Positions 1 through 8,000 of a DNA stretch of 61,250 nucleotides are shown piece after piece. Every line of letters begins with the position of its first letter. Positions within the stretch are counted from its first letter, which is position 1. The notes beneath the pieces are model-generated. The model ran no database searches. It had not been told where the DNA came from and saw nothing but the letters and a program-made list of their open reading frames with translations. The DNA is from Candidatus Omnitrophota bacterium (GTDB lineage: Bacteria; Omnitrophota; Gorgyraeia; Gygaellales; Profunditerraquicolaceae): NCBI GenBank assembly GCA_016867115.1, contig VGKG01000005.1:1-61250 (forward strand), given 5' to 3'. The translations under genes were made by a program, and so were the position numbers.

Positions 1-1115
1 TAAAGCGGCTCACTCCCGACGAGGCTGCCGATGCAGCCGCGAAGCTGGCCCTTCTCATGCAGCGTCACGAATGCACCGGTTTCCCTGGTCAATGCCGGGT
101 CTGTTTCGCTGAGTTCTAACCTATTTCCTGTCTTAAGGTAGGTTTCGATAGACTGGCGGGCGATCCTGAGCAGTTTCTTCTTCTGTTTATTATTCAGCAT
201 CGGTTTAGCTCCTTCTTCCTGATCAATGACGCAACTTGCGTATCCGACGGCCCAGATGCCGCTCTGTTTCCTTCCGGTGACCAGCGCGGAGTTGGTATAT
301 TTCAAGACATCTAATCTTTCATGCCCCAGCTCTTTAGCTAAAGCAAGCAGGGTCACCGCGCCGAAACCCCCGCACATCTGGAACCTGCCTTCGCGCAGGC
401 CGTAATAAAGCCCTTCGGCATCCATCTTCTTCAATTGCGCCAATGTGAGCTTATCTGCCTCCTCGCACTCGCGGAAATCATAGCCGTGGTAAAGGTCGCT
501 TGAAGCGATCACCAGTACGTCTTTACGCTTTCCGATCGCTTCCTTAAGAAGTGCCGCTAATTTCTGGCACTGCAGCAGGGTGCAATCCCCGAGGACAATG
601 GGGACGATCCGAAAGTTAGAAAGGACCTTTTGCAGAAAAGGAAGCTGCACCTCAACAGAATGCTCTTCGCTAAAGGCAGCCGGCTCAAAGAATATCTCTT
701 TATCCTTGTCCAGCAATCTGGCGGCAAAGGCCTTATCTACTTCAAGGTTGCCGAAAGGCGTGCGGAATGCGCCTTCCGGATAGACTGAAGCGCCGTTAAA
801 GCTGAACTGGTGGCTTGAGCCGACTATCACTACCGTTTTATAGGACTTCCCCTTGATGAGTTTATAACCGAAGGCAGCGGCCTCGCCGGAAAAGCCGTAT
901 CCGGCATGGGGCGAGATCAAACCAAAGATCTCTCCTTCCGGAGCCTTGGGGTCTGCCTTATCCAGAAACGCTTTGATCATCGCCTCAAGCTCCTTGGGGT
1001 TGTCCGGATAAAATGAACCCGCGAATTTAGCCGGAACGGCCTCTTCGGCAAAACAAATAACCACACAACACACAACACAAAACACAAAACTCAAGATGAG
1101 CCTATTCCCAGACAC
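1..1115 (-). CDS. amrB: AmmeMemoRadiSam system protein B (Memo-like) fused to protein A (AMMECR1 domain). The C-terminus lies beyond the left window edge.
   Basis: Absent from the ORF track (non-ATG start, open to the edge). My minus-strand translation gives AKFAGSFYPDNPKELEAMIKAF, GLISPHAGYGFSGEAAAFGY and SEEHSVEVQLPFLQ (Memo/AmrB hallmarks). It continues with LLRIARQSIETYL and GAFVTLHEKGQLRGCIGS (AMMECR1 hallmark). GTG at 1113-1115 follows AAGAGGAG by 7 nt. The N-terminus SGNRLILSFVFCVVCCVVICFA is hydrophobic. Confidence 0.8.
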   Translation of the reverse strand, partial: MSGNRLILSFVFCVVCCVVICFAEEAVPAKFAGSFYPDNPKELEAMIKAFLDKADPKAPEGEIFGLISPHAGYGFSGEAAAFGYKLIKGKSYKTVVIVGSSHQFSFNGASVYPEGAFRTPFGNLEVDKAFAARLLDKDKEIFFEPAAFSEEHSVEVQLPFLQKVLSNFRIVPIVLGDCTLLQCQKLAALLKEAIGKRKDVLVIASSDLYHGYDFRECEEADKLTLAQLKKMDAEGLYYGLREGRFQMCGGFGAVTLLALAKELGHERLDVLKYTNSALVTGRKQSGIWAVGYASCVIDQEEGAKPMLNNKQKKKLLRIARQSIETYLKTGNRLELSETDPALTRETGAFVTLHEKGQLRGCIGSLVGSEPL

Positions 1116-2205
1116 CTCTAATCTCCTCTTTACAAAAATCACATCTTCCGTCGGTCAGGTTTATCCCTAAGACCATATAGCCTGCCCGCCGTATAACTAT
1201 ATTCCCGCACTGCGGACAATAGGTGTTTTCCGCAGGGTTTCCTCCGACATTACCTATATATACGTACTTTAAGCCGCTATCCAAAGCGATCTGCCTTGCC
1301 CTTTCCAGGGCCTCAACCGGGGTGGGATTAAGCGCCAGAAGCTTATAGGTGGGGAAGAAGCGTGAGAAGTGCAGCGGCGTATCCGCGCCCAGGTTCTCTT
1401 TTATCCAGAGGCACATCTTTTGGATCTCTTCCGGAAAGTCATTAAAACCGGGCAGGATGAGATTCGTTATCTCAAGATGCACCCCTTCCTCCTTTAATAC
1501 TTTCAGAGTATTCAATACGGGCGCAAGCGTCGCGTCAGACAGCCTGGCGTAATATTCTTCGCTGAAGCCCTTGAGGTCGATATTTGCCGCATCAAGGTAT
1601 TTTGCCAGCTCTCTTAACGGCGCTTCATTGACGTAGCCGTTTGAGTGCATGATATTCCTGAGGCCCGCCTGCCGGGTGAGCTTAGCGCAATCCAGCATGT
1701 ATTCAAAAAAGATCACCGGTTCGGTATAGGTATAGGCGATCGTAGGCGAAGTGGAGGCGCGCGCTCTTTCGATTAAATCTTGCGGTTCGATGAATCGGTA
1801 ATCTACTTCCTCCGGGCACTTCTGGGAGATCTCCCAATTCTGGCAGAACTTGCACTTTAAATTGCAACCGGCGGTAGCTACGGAAAAAGCGGTTGTCCCG
1901 GGCAAAAAATGAAAAAGCGGCTTCTTTTCGATGGGATCAAGATGAACGGCTACAGTCTTGCCGTAAGACAGGGTGAAGAGCCTGCCTTTCTGGTTTTCGC
2001 GGATGCGGCAGAAGCCGCGCTTTCCGGGAGGAATAACGCAGTTGCGCGGGCAAAGGCGGCACTGGACGGCGTTATCGCTTAGCTTCGTGTAATATAAGGC
2101 CTCTTTCAGTTTCTCGGCGGTATAGAGGGAAGGCAAGAGAAAACAAAAGAAAATAAGGAAGCAAAAAAGTGCAGCAGCAAGAATAAACTTTACGGCTGGT
2201 TTCAT
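1102..2205 (-). CDS. amrS: AmmeMemoRadiSam system radical SAM enzyme
   Basis: Has the CNLKCKFCQNW radical-SAM CxxxCxxC motif. EALYYTKLSDNAVQCRLCPRNC and DPIEKKPLFHFLPG are typical of this activase-like family. It is adjacent to and overlaps the amrB/amrA fusion. It carries an extra hydrophobic N-terminal segment of about 30 aa. Confidence 0.85.
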   Translation of the reverse strand: MKPAVKFILAAALFCFLIFFCFLLPSLYTAEKLKEALYYTKLSDNAVQCRLCPRNCVIPPGKRGFCRIRENQKGRLFTLSYGKTVAVHLDPIEKKPLFHFLPGTTAFSVATAGCNLKCKFCQNWEISQKCPEEVDYRFIEPQDLIERARASTSPTIAYTYTEPVIFFEYMLDCAKLTRQAGLRNIMHSNGYVNEAPLRELAKYLDAANIDLKGFSEEYYARLSDATLAPVLNTLKVLKEEGVHLEITNLILPGFNDFPEEIQKMCLWIKENLGADTPLHFSRFFPTYKLLALNPTPVEALERARQIALDSGLKYVYIGNVGGNPAENTYCPQCGNIVIRRAGYMVLGINLTDGRCDFCKEEIRGVWE

Positions 2206-2387
2206 TGAGGTTTAAGGTAGGAAGATATTTTGGTATTAGCGCCAAAACGCATTGTTTTGGCATCCATTTTTAGGTGGTGGCGCCGCACTCGAGCACCTTA
2301 AGTTTTTATCTAGCGAAATACTTGCGAGCGATTTTTGCGAGCAAGTACGCTGCCTCGCTTGTCGCTCGGCTGCGCTCGTTGCGGCAT

Positions 2388-2596
2388 CACCAAAATTTTG
2401 CTTGTCGCAAAATTTTGATGTATGCACTACGCTCGCTAAGCCCCTTGTCGGGGCTTTTAACGCTCGCTTTAGTGCCACCAAATTTTTCCTTGTCGGAAAT
2501 TTTGATGTATGCACTACGCTCGCTAAGCCCCTTGTCGGGGCTTTTAACGCTCGCTTTAGTGCCACCAAATTTTTCCTTGTCGGAAAAATTTGGTGG
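2388..2596. repeat. Tandem 87-88 bp repeat immediately 3' of tRNA-Ala: two full units plus a partial third that overlaps the tRNA CCA end.
   Basis: Units at 2388-2475 and 2476-2562 are nearly identical, and a partial unit runs 2563-2596. Each unit holds hairpins with different stems but the same TTGTC loop: 2392-2416, 2438-2456, 2480-2503. The last copy forms a 15-bp stem, CCACCAAATTTTTCC/GGAAAAATTTGGTGG. Confidence 0.9.
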
Positions 2597-2665
2597 AGCT
2601 GGGGGGATTTGAACCCCCGACCCCCTCGTTGCGAACGAGATGCTCTCCCACTGAGCTACAGCCCC
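2591..2665 (-). tRNA. tRNA-Ala (anticodon CGC), CCA encoded
   Basis: The reverse complement folds by hand into a cloverleaf: GGGGCTG acceptor with the G3:U70 Ala identity pair, TTCGCAA anticodon loop (CGC), GGGGG-TTCAAAT-CCCCC T arm, and a terminal ACCA. Confidence 0.93.
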
Positions 2666-2688
2666 GATTATAATCTTACTTCTATAGA

Positions 2689-2868
2689 GGGGCGTGTGCC
2701 GCCGCACTTTACCCGTCGCCGGCCAACCCCAAACCTGATTCTACTCGTTTCCTTGGGGCGTGTGCCGCCGCACTTTACCCGTCGCCGGCCAGCCCCGCCG
2801 AATTAAGCTTTACTTCTTCCTTGGGGCGTGTGCCGCCGTATTTTACCCGTCGCCGGCCAGCCCCGCCG
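2689..2868. repeat. Three direct copies of a roughly 45-bp GC-rich motif, spaced 66 and 68 bp apart, upstream of tRNA-Ala
   Basis: GGGGCGTGTGCCGCCGCACTTTACCCGTCGCCGGCCAGCCCCGCC starts at 2689, 2755 and 2823. Copies 2 and 3 are preceded by TTCCTT. I found no convincing internal hairpin. Confidence 0.85.
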
Positions 2869-2904
2869 GAATATCAAATTTACCACAATTTTCTTCCTTT
2901 AGCA

Positions 2905-2947
2905 AACAAAAAGGGACACCCTTACGATTAGCTCAAAGGGTGTCCCT
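2905..2947 (-). terminator. Rho-independent terminator closing the pilus operon
   Basis: On the minus strand, the 12-bp stem AGGGACACCCTT/AAGGGTGTCCCT (2912-2923 and 2936-2947) is followed by TTTTTG. A second copy of the right arm overlaps the pilin stop codon. Confidence 0.7.
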
Positions 2948-2968
2948 GCTTTAGCTCAAAGGGTGTCC

Positions 2969-3586
2969 CTAATGCGTAGAAACAGAAGGCATCATAATGC
3001 GGCTTTGCATAACCACGGTGGGATTATCGGGGCTTCCGCAGGCAAAGGGGGTCTCGTCCGGGTCCCAGCAGGCAGTGATGAACACATCCACATAGTTGTT
3101 GGCGCTATTGTATACCTTATAAGTCTCGGGAGGCGTAGCCGGCAGCGAGGAGTAACCGGTGAAATCCGGCTGGATGACTTTCTGGGTTATCGTCTCAAAG
3201 ACAGCAGGGAAGTCGGTATAGTTGGCATAATAATTGAAACGGTAATTGGCGCTATCATAGACATAAGCTATCTGTTTATCGATAGTCGCGTCATCCCGCA
3301 TGCCGTTGCCGTTTGTATCCACCCATACCCGTATACTCTGGCTGGTGCCTATGACACCGATATCTACGGGCGGCTGATTAATATCCCCCACTGCCCCAAG
3401 CATCTGCTTGGCCATATGATCCAGCAGAAAGGAAACTTCGTTCTGGATCTTCGCCCTGCGGTCAGAAGAGATGACATGAAAACGGCTAAAGAGGTCCACG
3501 TTTGTCAGGGCCAGCGAGATAATTGCCAGCAGTATTATAGAAATCAATAGCTCAAGAAGGGTTAAAGCGGTAGCCGGCTTCTTCAT
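2969..3586 (-). CDS. Prepilin-type N-terminal domain protein (minor pilin/pseudopilin)
   Basis: The N-terminus MKKPATALTLLELLISIILLAIISLAL fits a class III signal with hydrophobic helix and Glu. It is the last gene of the pilus operon. Confidence 0.7.
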   Translation of the reverse strand: MKKPATALTLLELLISIILLAIISLALTNVDLFSRFHVISSDRRAKIQNEVSFLLDHMAKQMLGAVGDINQPPVDIGVIGTSQSIRVWVDTNGNGMRDDATIDKQIAYVYDSANYRFNYYANYTDFPAVFETITQKVIQPDFTGYSSLPATPPETYKVYNSANNYVDVFITACWDPDETPFACGSPDNPTVVMQSRIMMPSVSTH

Positions 3587-3594
3587 GGATTAGA

Positions 3595-4011
3595 TCAGGG
3601 TTCAAGTTCTGTCCAGGAGATACTTACGACTACGCGGCGAAGGCCGGTGTCCTGATTCGCAGCGTCTCTGACCCTGGAGACAGTGTAATTCGGGGTATAA
3701 TCGATATTATTAAGCCTCTGCTGGCTGCCGGCCCAGGACCTTGAATCATCGGCTATCGGGATCCTTAACAGGTTATTCGTCCCATCCCAACCATTATCCG
3801 CACCTGGTGAAGTCTCGGACTCCACCACATACATCTGCAGGGGATCAAGGAATACCCTGCCAACTTCTCCTCCGGTCATGCGCGCGCGGCTGTGCAGTAT
3901 ATACCTCTTTCCGGTAATGAAGATACTGGCCATGCCTGCCAATACCATCGTAATGAGCAGCGCAGAGACAAGTACCTCCATAAGGGTAAGGCCTTTTTTA
4001 TTCATCTTCAA
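3595..4011 (-). CDS. Prepilin-type N-terminal domain protein (minor pilin)
   Basis: MKMNKKG|LTLMEVLVSALLITMVLAG is a canonical G/xTLxE methylation motif. Confidence 0.75.
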   Translation of the reverse strand: MKMNKKGLTLMEVLVSALLITMVLAGMASIFITGKRYILHSRARMTGGEVGRVFLDPLQMYVVESETSPGADNGWDGTNNLLRIPIADDSRSWAGSQQRLNNIDYTPNYTVSRVRDAANQDTGLRRVVVSISWTELEP

Positions 4012-4017
4012 AACCCT

Positions 4018-4407
4018 TTAAGGGCAGGCTCCCTCGCTAGGATCATCGTCGGTATTCTGCATCCTCCAGGTCCTGGCTCCGGAATCGGTCCTCGTAGCCT
4101 GGGCGCAAACGCTGTCGGCGCCGGCCACCGTCTGGTAGTCCCATCTGCGGTCGCCGCCGGTAGGCAGAAGCAGCTTGAAATTATCGTTGATCTCCGAGAT
4201 GTCGCTGGTTCCGTAGTATCCGCCTACTTCCATGCGGTAGATCTTTTCCGCGGCCACGATCAGCTTAAGATTTGCCTGCGCCTCGCGGTCAAGTGCGCGC
4301 TCGCGGTAAGAACCGTACTGGGTCAAGGCTAATGTAGCCAGAACGCCGAGGATGACGATAACGACGATAAGTTCCATCAGGGTAAGGCTTTTTTTACGCT
4401 TGTGCAT
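4018..4407 (-). CDS. Type IV pilin / GspG-like pseudopilin
   Basis: The N-terminus is KKSLTLMELIVVIVILGVLATLALTQYGSYRERA. Confidence 0.75.
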   Translation of the reverse strand: MHKRKKSLTLMELIVVIVILGVLATLALTQYGSYRERALDREAQANLKLIVAAEKIYRMEVGGYYGTSDISEINDNFKLLLPTGGDRRWDYQTVAGADSVCAQATRTDSGARTWRMQNTDDDPSEGACP

Positions 4408-4417
4408 GTGGGGATGA

Positions 4418-4460
4418 TTTTAGCAAAGGCGCTCCTTTAAAAGGAGCGCCTTTGCTAAAA
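4418..4460 (-). terminator. Hairpin with an 18-bp perfect stem directly after the first pilin gene. It may be an intra-operon attenuator/terminator or an mRNA stabiliser.
   Basis: The stem TTTTAGCAAAGGCGCTCC (4418-4435) pairs with GGAGCGCCTTTGCTAAAA (4443-4460) around a 7-nt loop. It fills the 63-bp gap between two pilin genes. Confidence 0.5.
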
Positions 4461-4470
4461 TAGTTAACGA

Positions 4471-4905
4471 TTAATAATCTCCGCTCCAGGTGTCCACGCC
4501 TGTGGTCATGTCAGAGACAAGCTGCACCGTGTTTCCTGCAGCAGTTCCGCCCTGGGGAATCTTCCCGCCTGCAGCGCAACGGGTAGCCGTAGCAGTGACG
4601 GTAGAGGCCGTAGTCGCTATGGCATAACTAAAGTAGTGCGAAGGCCTGCAATTGCCGCCTGCAGGGCCGGGGATCTGGTCTGCTCCGCCGCCGATATTAG
4701 CCTCGGTATCGCCGAAGCTTGACAGATCCGCATACTCCAGGTAATAGGCTGCGGCAAACTTGCGGATATCGCCTAAGATCGCCTTTGCCTCTGCTCCGCG
4801 GGCCCTTTCCACCATCCTACCATACTGGGTAAGACCAAGGGTAGCCAGGACGCCGAGGATGATGATAACGATGATTAATTCCAACAGCGTAAAACCTTTC
4901 TTCAT
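4471..4905 (-). CDS. Probable major type IV pilin
   Basis: MKKG|FTLLELIIVIIILGVLATLGLTQYGRMVERA is the N-terminus. I prefer the ATG at 4905 (AAGGAG 9 nt upstream) over the track start at 4932. It is the first pilin of the block and is followed by a strong hairpin. Confidence 0.75.
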   Translation of the reverse strand: MKKGFTLLELIIVIIILGVLATLGLTQYGRMVERARGAEAKAILGDIRKFAAAYYLEYADLSSFGDTEANIGGGADQIPGPAGGNCRPSHYFSYAIATTASTVTATATRCAAGGKIPQGGTAAGNTVQLVSDMTTGVDTWSGDY

Positions 4906-5038
4906 TTTAACCATCTCCTTTCTTATCTCCATTTTTTAAAATAATTCCTCAAGGTTGCTTTTTTTAAGTTTACCCTTTTTAAGCACCTCCTTTCGCTTAA
5001 TAAAAGTGTACCACAACCCTAAATAGAAGTCAACTGCC

Positions 5039-6271
5039 TTACTTGATCTGGGCGATCTTAAAGATGGGCAGAAACATGCCGATGACCATGATCCCGATGA
5101 TCACGCCCATAAAGACCAGCATAAACGGCTCAAACATGGTAGTCAGGCGCGTAAGGAAAGTGTCTACAAACTCCTGATAAAAGGCATTCAGCCGCTTGAA
5201 CATATTGGAGAGCTCACCTATCTCCTCTCCGATAGTCACCATCTGCACTGCCATGGGGTCAAAAAATCCGCTTCTCTCCAGAGGCTGGCTTAAGGGTTTC
5301 CCCTCGCGCACATCGTCTTTTACCTGGCTGATGATCTCACCCAACGTCAGGTTATTTACGCTGTGCTCCGTGATCTCCAGTGAATAAAGGATGGGCACGC
5401 CGCTCTCAACCAGGGTAGCCATCTCTGACGTAAAACGCTCAATCACCAGTATGCGGAAGAACTCTCCGAAGACCGGCAGCTTGAAAAGGACCTTCTCAAA
5501 GGCCTTGCGGCCCGGCTTGGTCGAAATATAGCGCCTGACCATGACCGTGCCTACGGCGATGCCGATGACGATGTAGAGTATCCAGCCACGGATAAACTCG
5601 CTTACTGCCACCAGCATCTGTGTCAGGAGCGGCAGGTCAATATCAAACCCCTTGAAAAGCTCGGTAAAAGTAGGGATGATCTTTATGGTCAGGAATAAAA
5701 GCGCGCCGGTCCCGGCAAATAAAAGTATGGCCGGATAGATCAGGGCGGAAATGATCTTCCTTTTAAAGGCTTCATTCCTCTCAAGATAACCGGCAAGACG
5801 GCCCAGGACCAACGCCAGGTTCCCCGAAGCCTCGCCGCTTTCTACCAGGTTGATCCAGAGCTCCGAGAAGACCGCCGGGTGTTTAGCCATGGCTTCATGA
5901 AAGCTGAAACCGCCTTCCATATCTTTTTGCAGGGTCTTGATTATGGAATAGAGCTTGCGGCTTGAAACCTGCTGAGAAATGATATCCAGGCTCTTCAGGA
6001 TGGTAACGCCTGCGCCCAGGAGCGTAGCCAGCTGCCGGCAGAAAAGCACTAAATCGTCGCTGGTAACGCGGGAATGCTTAGGCCTGAACTTTGCTTCGGC
6101 CGCCACCTCGGCCTTCAGGCCTACCGCCTCTTTTACTTCGGGAAAAAGGGTGATGACGATCAGGTCTTTGGCCTGCAGGCGGCTGACCGCCTCTTCCTGA
6201 GTGGAGGCATCCTCTACTCCGGAAATCTTCTTACCCTGCCTGTCCCTGACAATATAGAAATATCTCGGCAT
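5039..6271 (-). CDS. Type II secretion system F family platform protein (PilC/GspF/MshG)
   Basis: 410 aa with duplicated T2SSF-like halves and three hydrophobic segments. Its position after the ATPase fits. Confidence 0.88.
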   Translation of the reverse strand: MPRYFYIVRDRQGKKISGVEDASTQEEAVSRLQAKDLIVITLFPEVKEAVGLKAEVAAEAKFRPKHSRVTSDDLVLFCRQLATLLGAGVTILKSLDIISQQVSSRKLYSIIKTLQKDMEGGFSFHEAMAKHPAVFSELWINLVESGEASGNLALVLGRLAGYLERNEAFKRKIISALIYPAILLFAGTGALLFLTIKIIPTFTELFKGFDIDLPLLTQMLVAVSEFIRGWILYIVIGIAVGTVMVRRYISTKPGRKAFEKVLFKLPVFGEFFRILVIERFTSEMATLVESGVPILYSLEITEHSVNNLTLGEIISQVKDDVREGKPLSQPLERSGFFDPMAVQMVTIGEEIGELSNMFKRLNAFYQEFVDTFLTRLTTMFEPFMLVFMGVIIGIMVIGMFLPIFKIAQIK

Positions 6272-7992
6272 TATTCCGCCCCCAAGGTCACAGAGAGCGC
6301 CTCTTCGACTGAAATCACGCCCTCTTCGACTTTCTCTATCGCTGACTCATAAAGCGTCTGCATGCCCGCTGCCCGGGCCACCTCACGGATCTTCTGAAAA
6401 GAAGCCTTCTGGTTTATCAGGCCCTGTATCTGCTGGTCCGCTATCATCACTTCGGCGATACAGCTTCTTCCGCGATGGCCGGTATTATTGCATTTCAGGC
6501 AGCCTCTTGAACGGTAGGCTAACTCCGACTTTAATTTAAGGCCCTTGTATTCCTCCTTCTGCGGCTCATACGCCTCTTTGCAGTCCGGGCACAACTTCCT
6601 CACCAGGCGCTGCGCTACGATCAGCAATAAAGAAGGCGCGAGCATATAAGACTCTATACCTATATCCATCAGGCGCGTCACTGCAGAAGGCGCGTCATTA
6701 GTGTGCAGCGTGGATAAGACCAGATGCCCGGTGAGGGCAGAACGGATACAGATCTGGGCAGTCTCAAGGTCGCGCACCTCACCGACCAACATGACATCCG
6801 GGTCCTGCCTCAAGAATGAACGCAGGGCAGTAGCAAAGGTGAGGCCGATCTCCGGTTTTACCTGGACCTGGTTTACCCCCTCTAATTTGTATTCTACCGG
6901 GTCTTCGATGGTCACGATATTTTTTGTAGGATGCCTTACTTCGCTTAATATGCCGTAAAGTGTAGTGGTCTTTCCGCTTCCCGTGGGGCCGGTCAGAAAG
7001 ACAAGTCCGTAGGGGCAGCTGATCGCCCAGCGGATCGACTCAAGCTGCTTGGCGTTAAAGCCCAGCTGGTTCAGGTCCAGGATCACCTGGCTGCGGTCTA
7101 AGAGGCGCATGACCACCTTTTCGCCGTAGATCGTAGGAATAGTAGAGACGCGGATGTCTATGGGCCGCTCGTCGATCCTGACCATAAATGCGCCGTCCTG
7201 GGGCAGGCGCTTTTCCGCGATATCCAATTTGGAAAGGATCTTGATACGGGAGATGATCGCAAGGTGCAGATGCTTTGCCGGGGGAGGTATCTCATAAAGT
7301 TTTCCGTCGATGCGGTAACGCAGGGAGATCCTTTCCTTGAACGGCTCGATGTGGATGTCGGAGGCGCGCTCGTCGATCGCCTGGCGGATGACCAGGTCTA
7401 CCAGCTTTACCACCGGAGCCTCTTCTGCCCGGGCGATCAGCTTATCAAGGCTCAATTCCTGCTCCGCGACCTCTATCTCCAGGGAGGGAGTCTCCACCCC
7501 CGAGATATCGTAGCTGGCTTCTACTGCTGCCGTAAGCATGGCGGATTTGCCGTAAAAATCTTCTATGGCTTTGGTGATATCCGACTTTGTGGCAATAACG
7601 GGGTTGATCTCGCAGGCAGTCAGCTTTCGCAGGTTATCGATAAGGATGAGGTCAAGGGGATCAGACATGGCTACAGTCAGAGACCTTAAGGTGCGCGATA
7701 AAGGCAGGACAGAGTTCCGCAGGGCGAAATCATGGGGGATAAGCCGGTCCAGGCCCTGGTCGGTCGCCGGCTTAAGCATGCCGGTGCCCAGGGAAAAATA
7801 AGGCACACTCAGCTGCTTTCCCAGCACCGCGACCATCTGGTCTTCCTTGACCATGCCTAATTTCACCAGGATCTCGCCTAAGCGGCCGCCTTCCTGCCGC
7901 TGGACGCCCATAGCTTTTTCCAATTGGCTGGCATTGATGAGCCCCTCTTTCACCAGAAGCTCGCCTAACCTCAGGTATTTTTCCTTAGGCAT
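6271..7992 (-). CDS. GspE/PilB-family assembly ATPase with an N-terminal MshEN domain (MshE-type)
   Basis: Has Walker A GPTGSGKTTT and the tetracysteine CPDC...CLKC. The N-terminus carries two RLGxxLVxxG...Q 24-mers. Confidence 0.92.
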   Translation of the reverse strand: MPKEKYLRLGELLVKEGLINASQLEKAMGVQRQEGGRLGEILVKLGMVKEDQMVAVLGKQLSVPYFSLGTGMLKPATDQGLDRLIPHDFALRNSVLPLSRTLRSLTVAMSDPLDLILIDNLRKLTACEINPVIATKSDITKAIEDFYGKSAMLTAAVEASYDISGVETPSLEIEVAEQELSLDKLIARAEEAPVVKLVDLVIRQAIDERASDIHIEPFKERISLRYRIDGKLYEIPPPAKHLHLAIISRIKILSKLDIAEKRLPQDGAFMVRIDERPIDIRVSTIPTIYGEKVVMRLLDRSQVILDLNQLGFNAKQLESIRWAISCPYGLVFLTGPTGSGKTTTLYGILSEVRHPTKNIVTIEDPVEYKLEGVNQVQVKPEIGLTFATALRSFLRQDPDVMLVGEVRDLETAQICIRSALTGHLVLSTLHTNDAPSAVTRLMDIGIESYMLAPSLLLIVAQRLVRKLCPDCKEAYEPQKEEYKGLKLKSELAYRSRGCLKCNNTGHRGRSCIAEVMIADQQIQGLINQKASFQKIREVARAAGMQTLYESAIEKVEEGVISVEEALSVTLGAE

Positions 7993-8000
7993 TATTTGTT

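Noticed and set aside
2388-2665. Integrative element inserted at the tRNA-Ala 3' end (att-like duplication of the tRNA end)
   Set aside because: Only about 8 nt of the tRNA 3' end are repeated. No integrase, excision or phage genes are present, and both flanks are ordinary chromosomal genes.
2236-2806. Track ORFs 2236-2568(-), 2252-2806(+), 2274-2612(+) and 2387-2707(-)
   Set aside because: They translate the tandem repeats and run across the tRNA gene. Their internal peptide repeats only mirror the DNA repeats, and they have no ribosome-binding site or recognisable domain.
2689-2868. Possible CRISPR array (three regularly spaced repeats)
   Set aside because: The repeats are about 45 bp and the intervening segments only about 20 bp. 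Those segments are themselves partly conserved (TTCCTT before copies 2 and 3). There are only three copies, and no cas genes or leader are present in the window.
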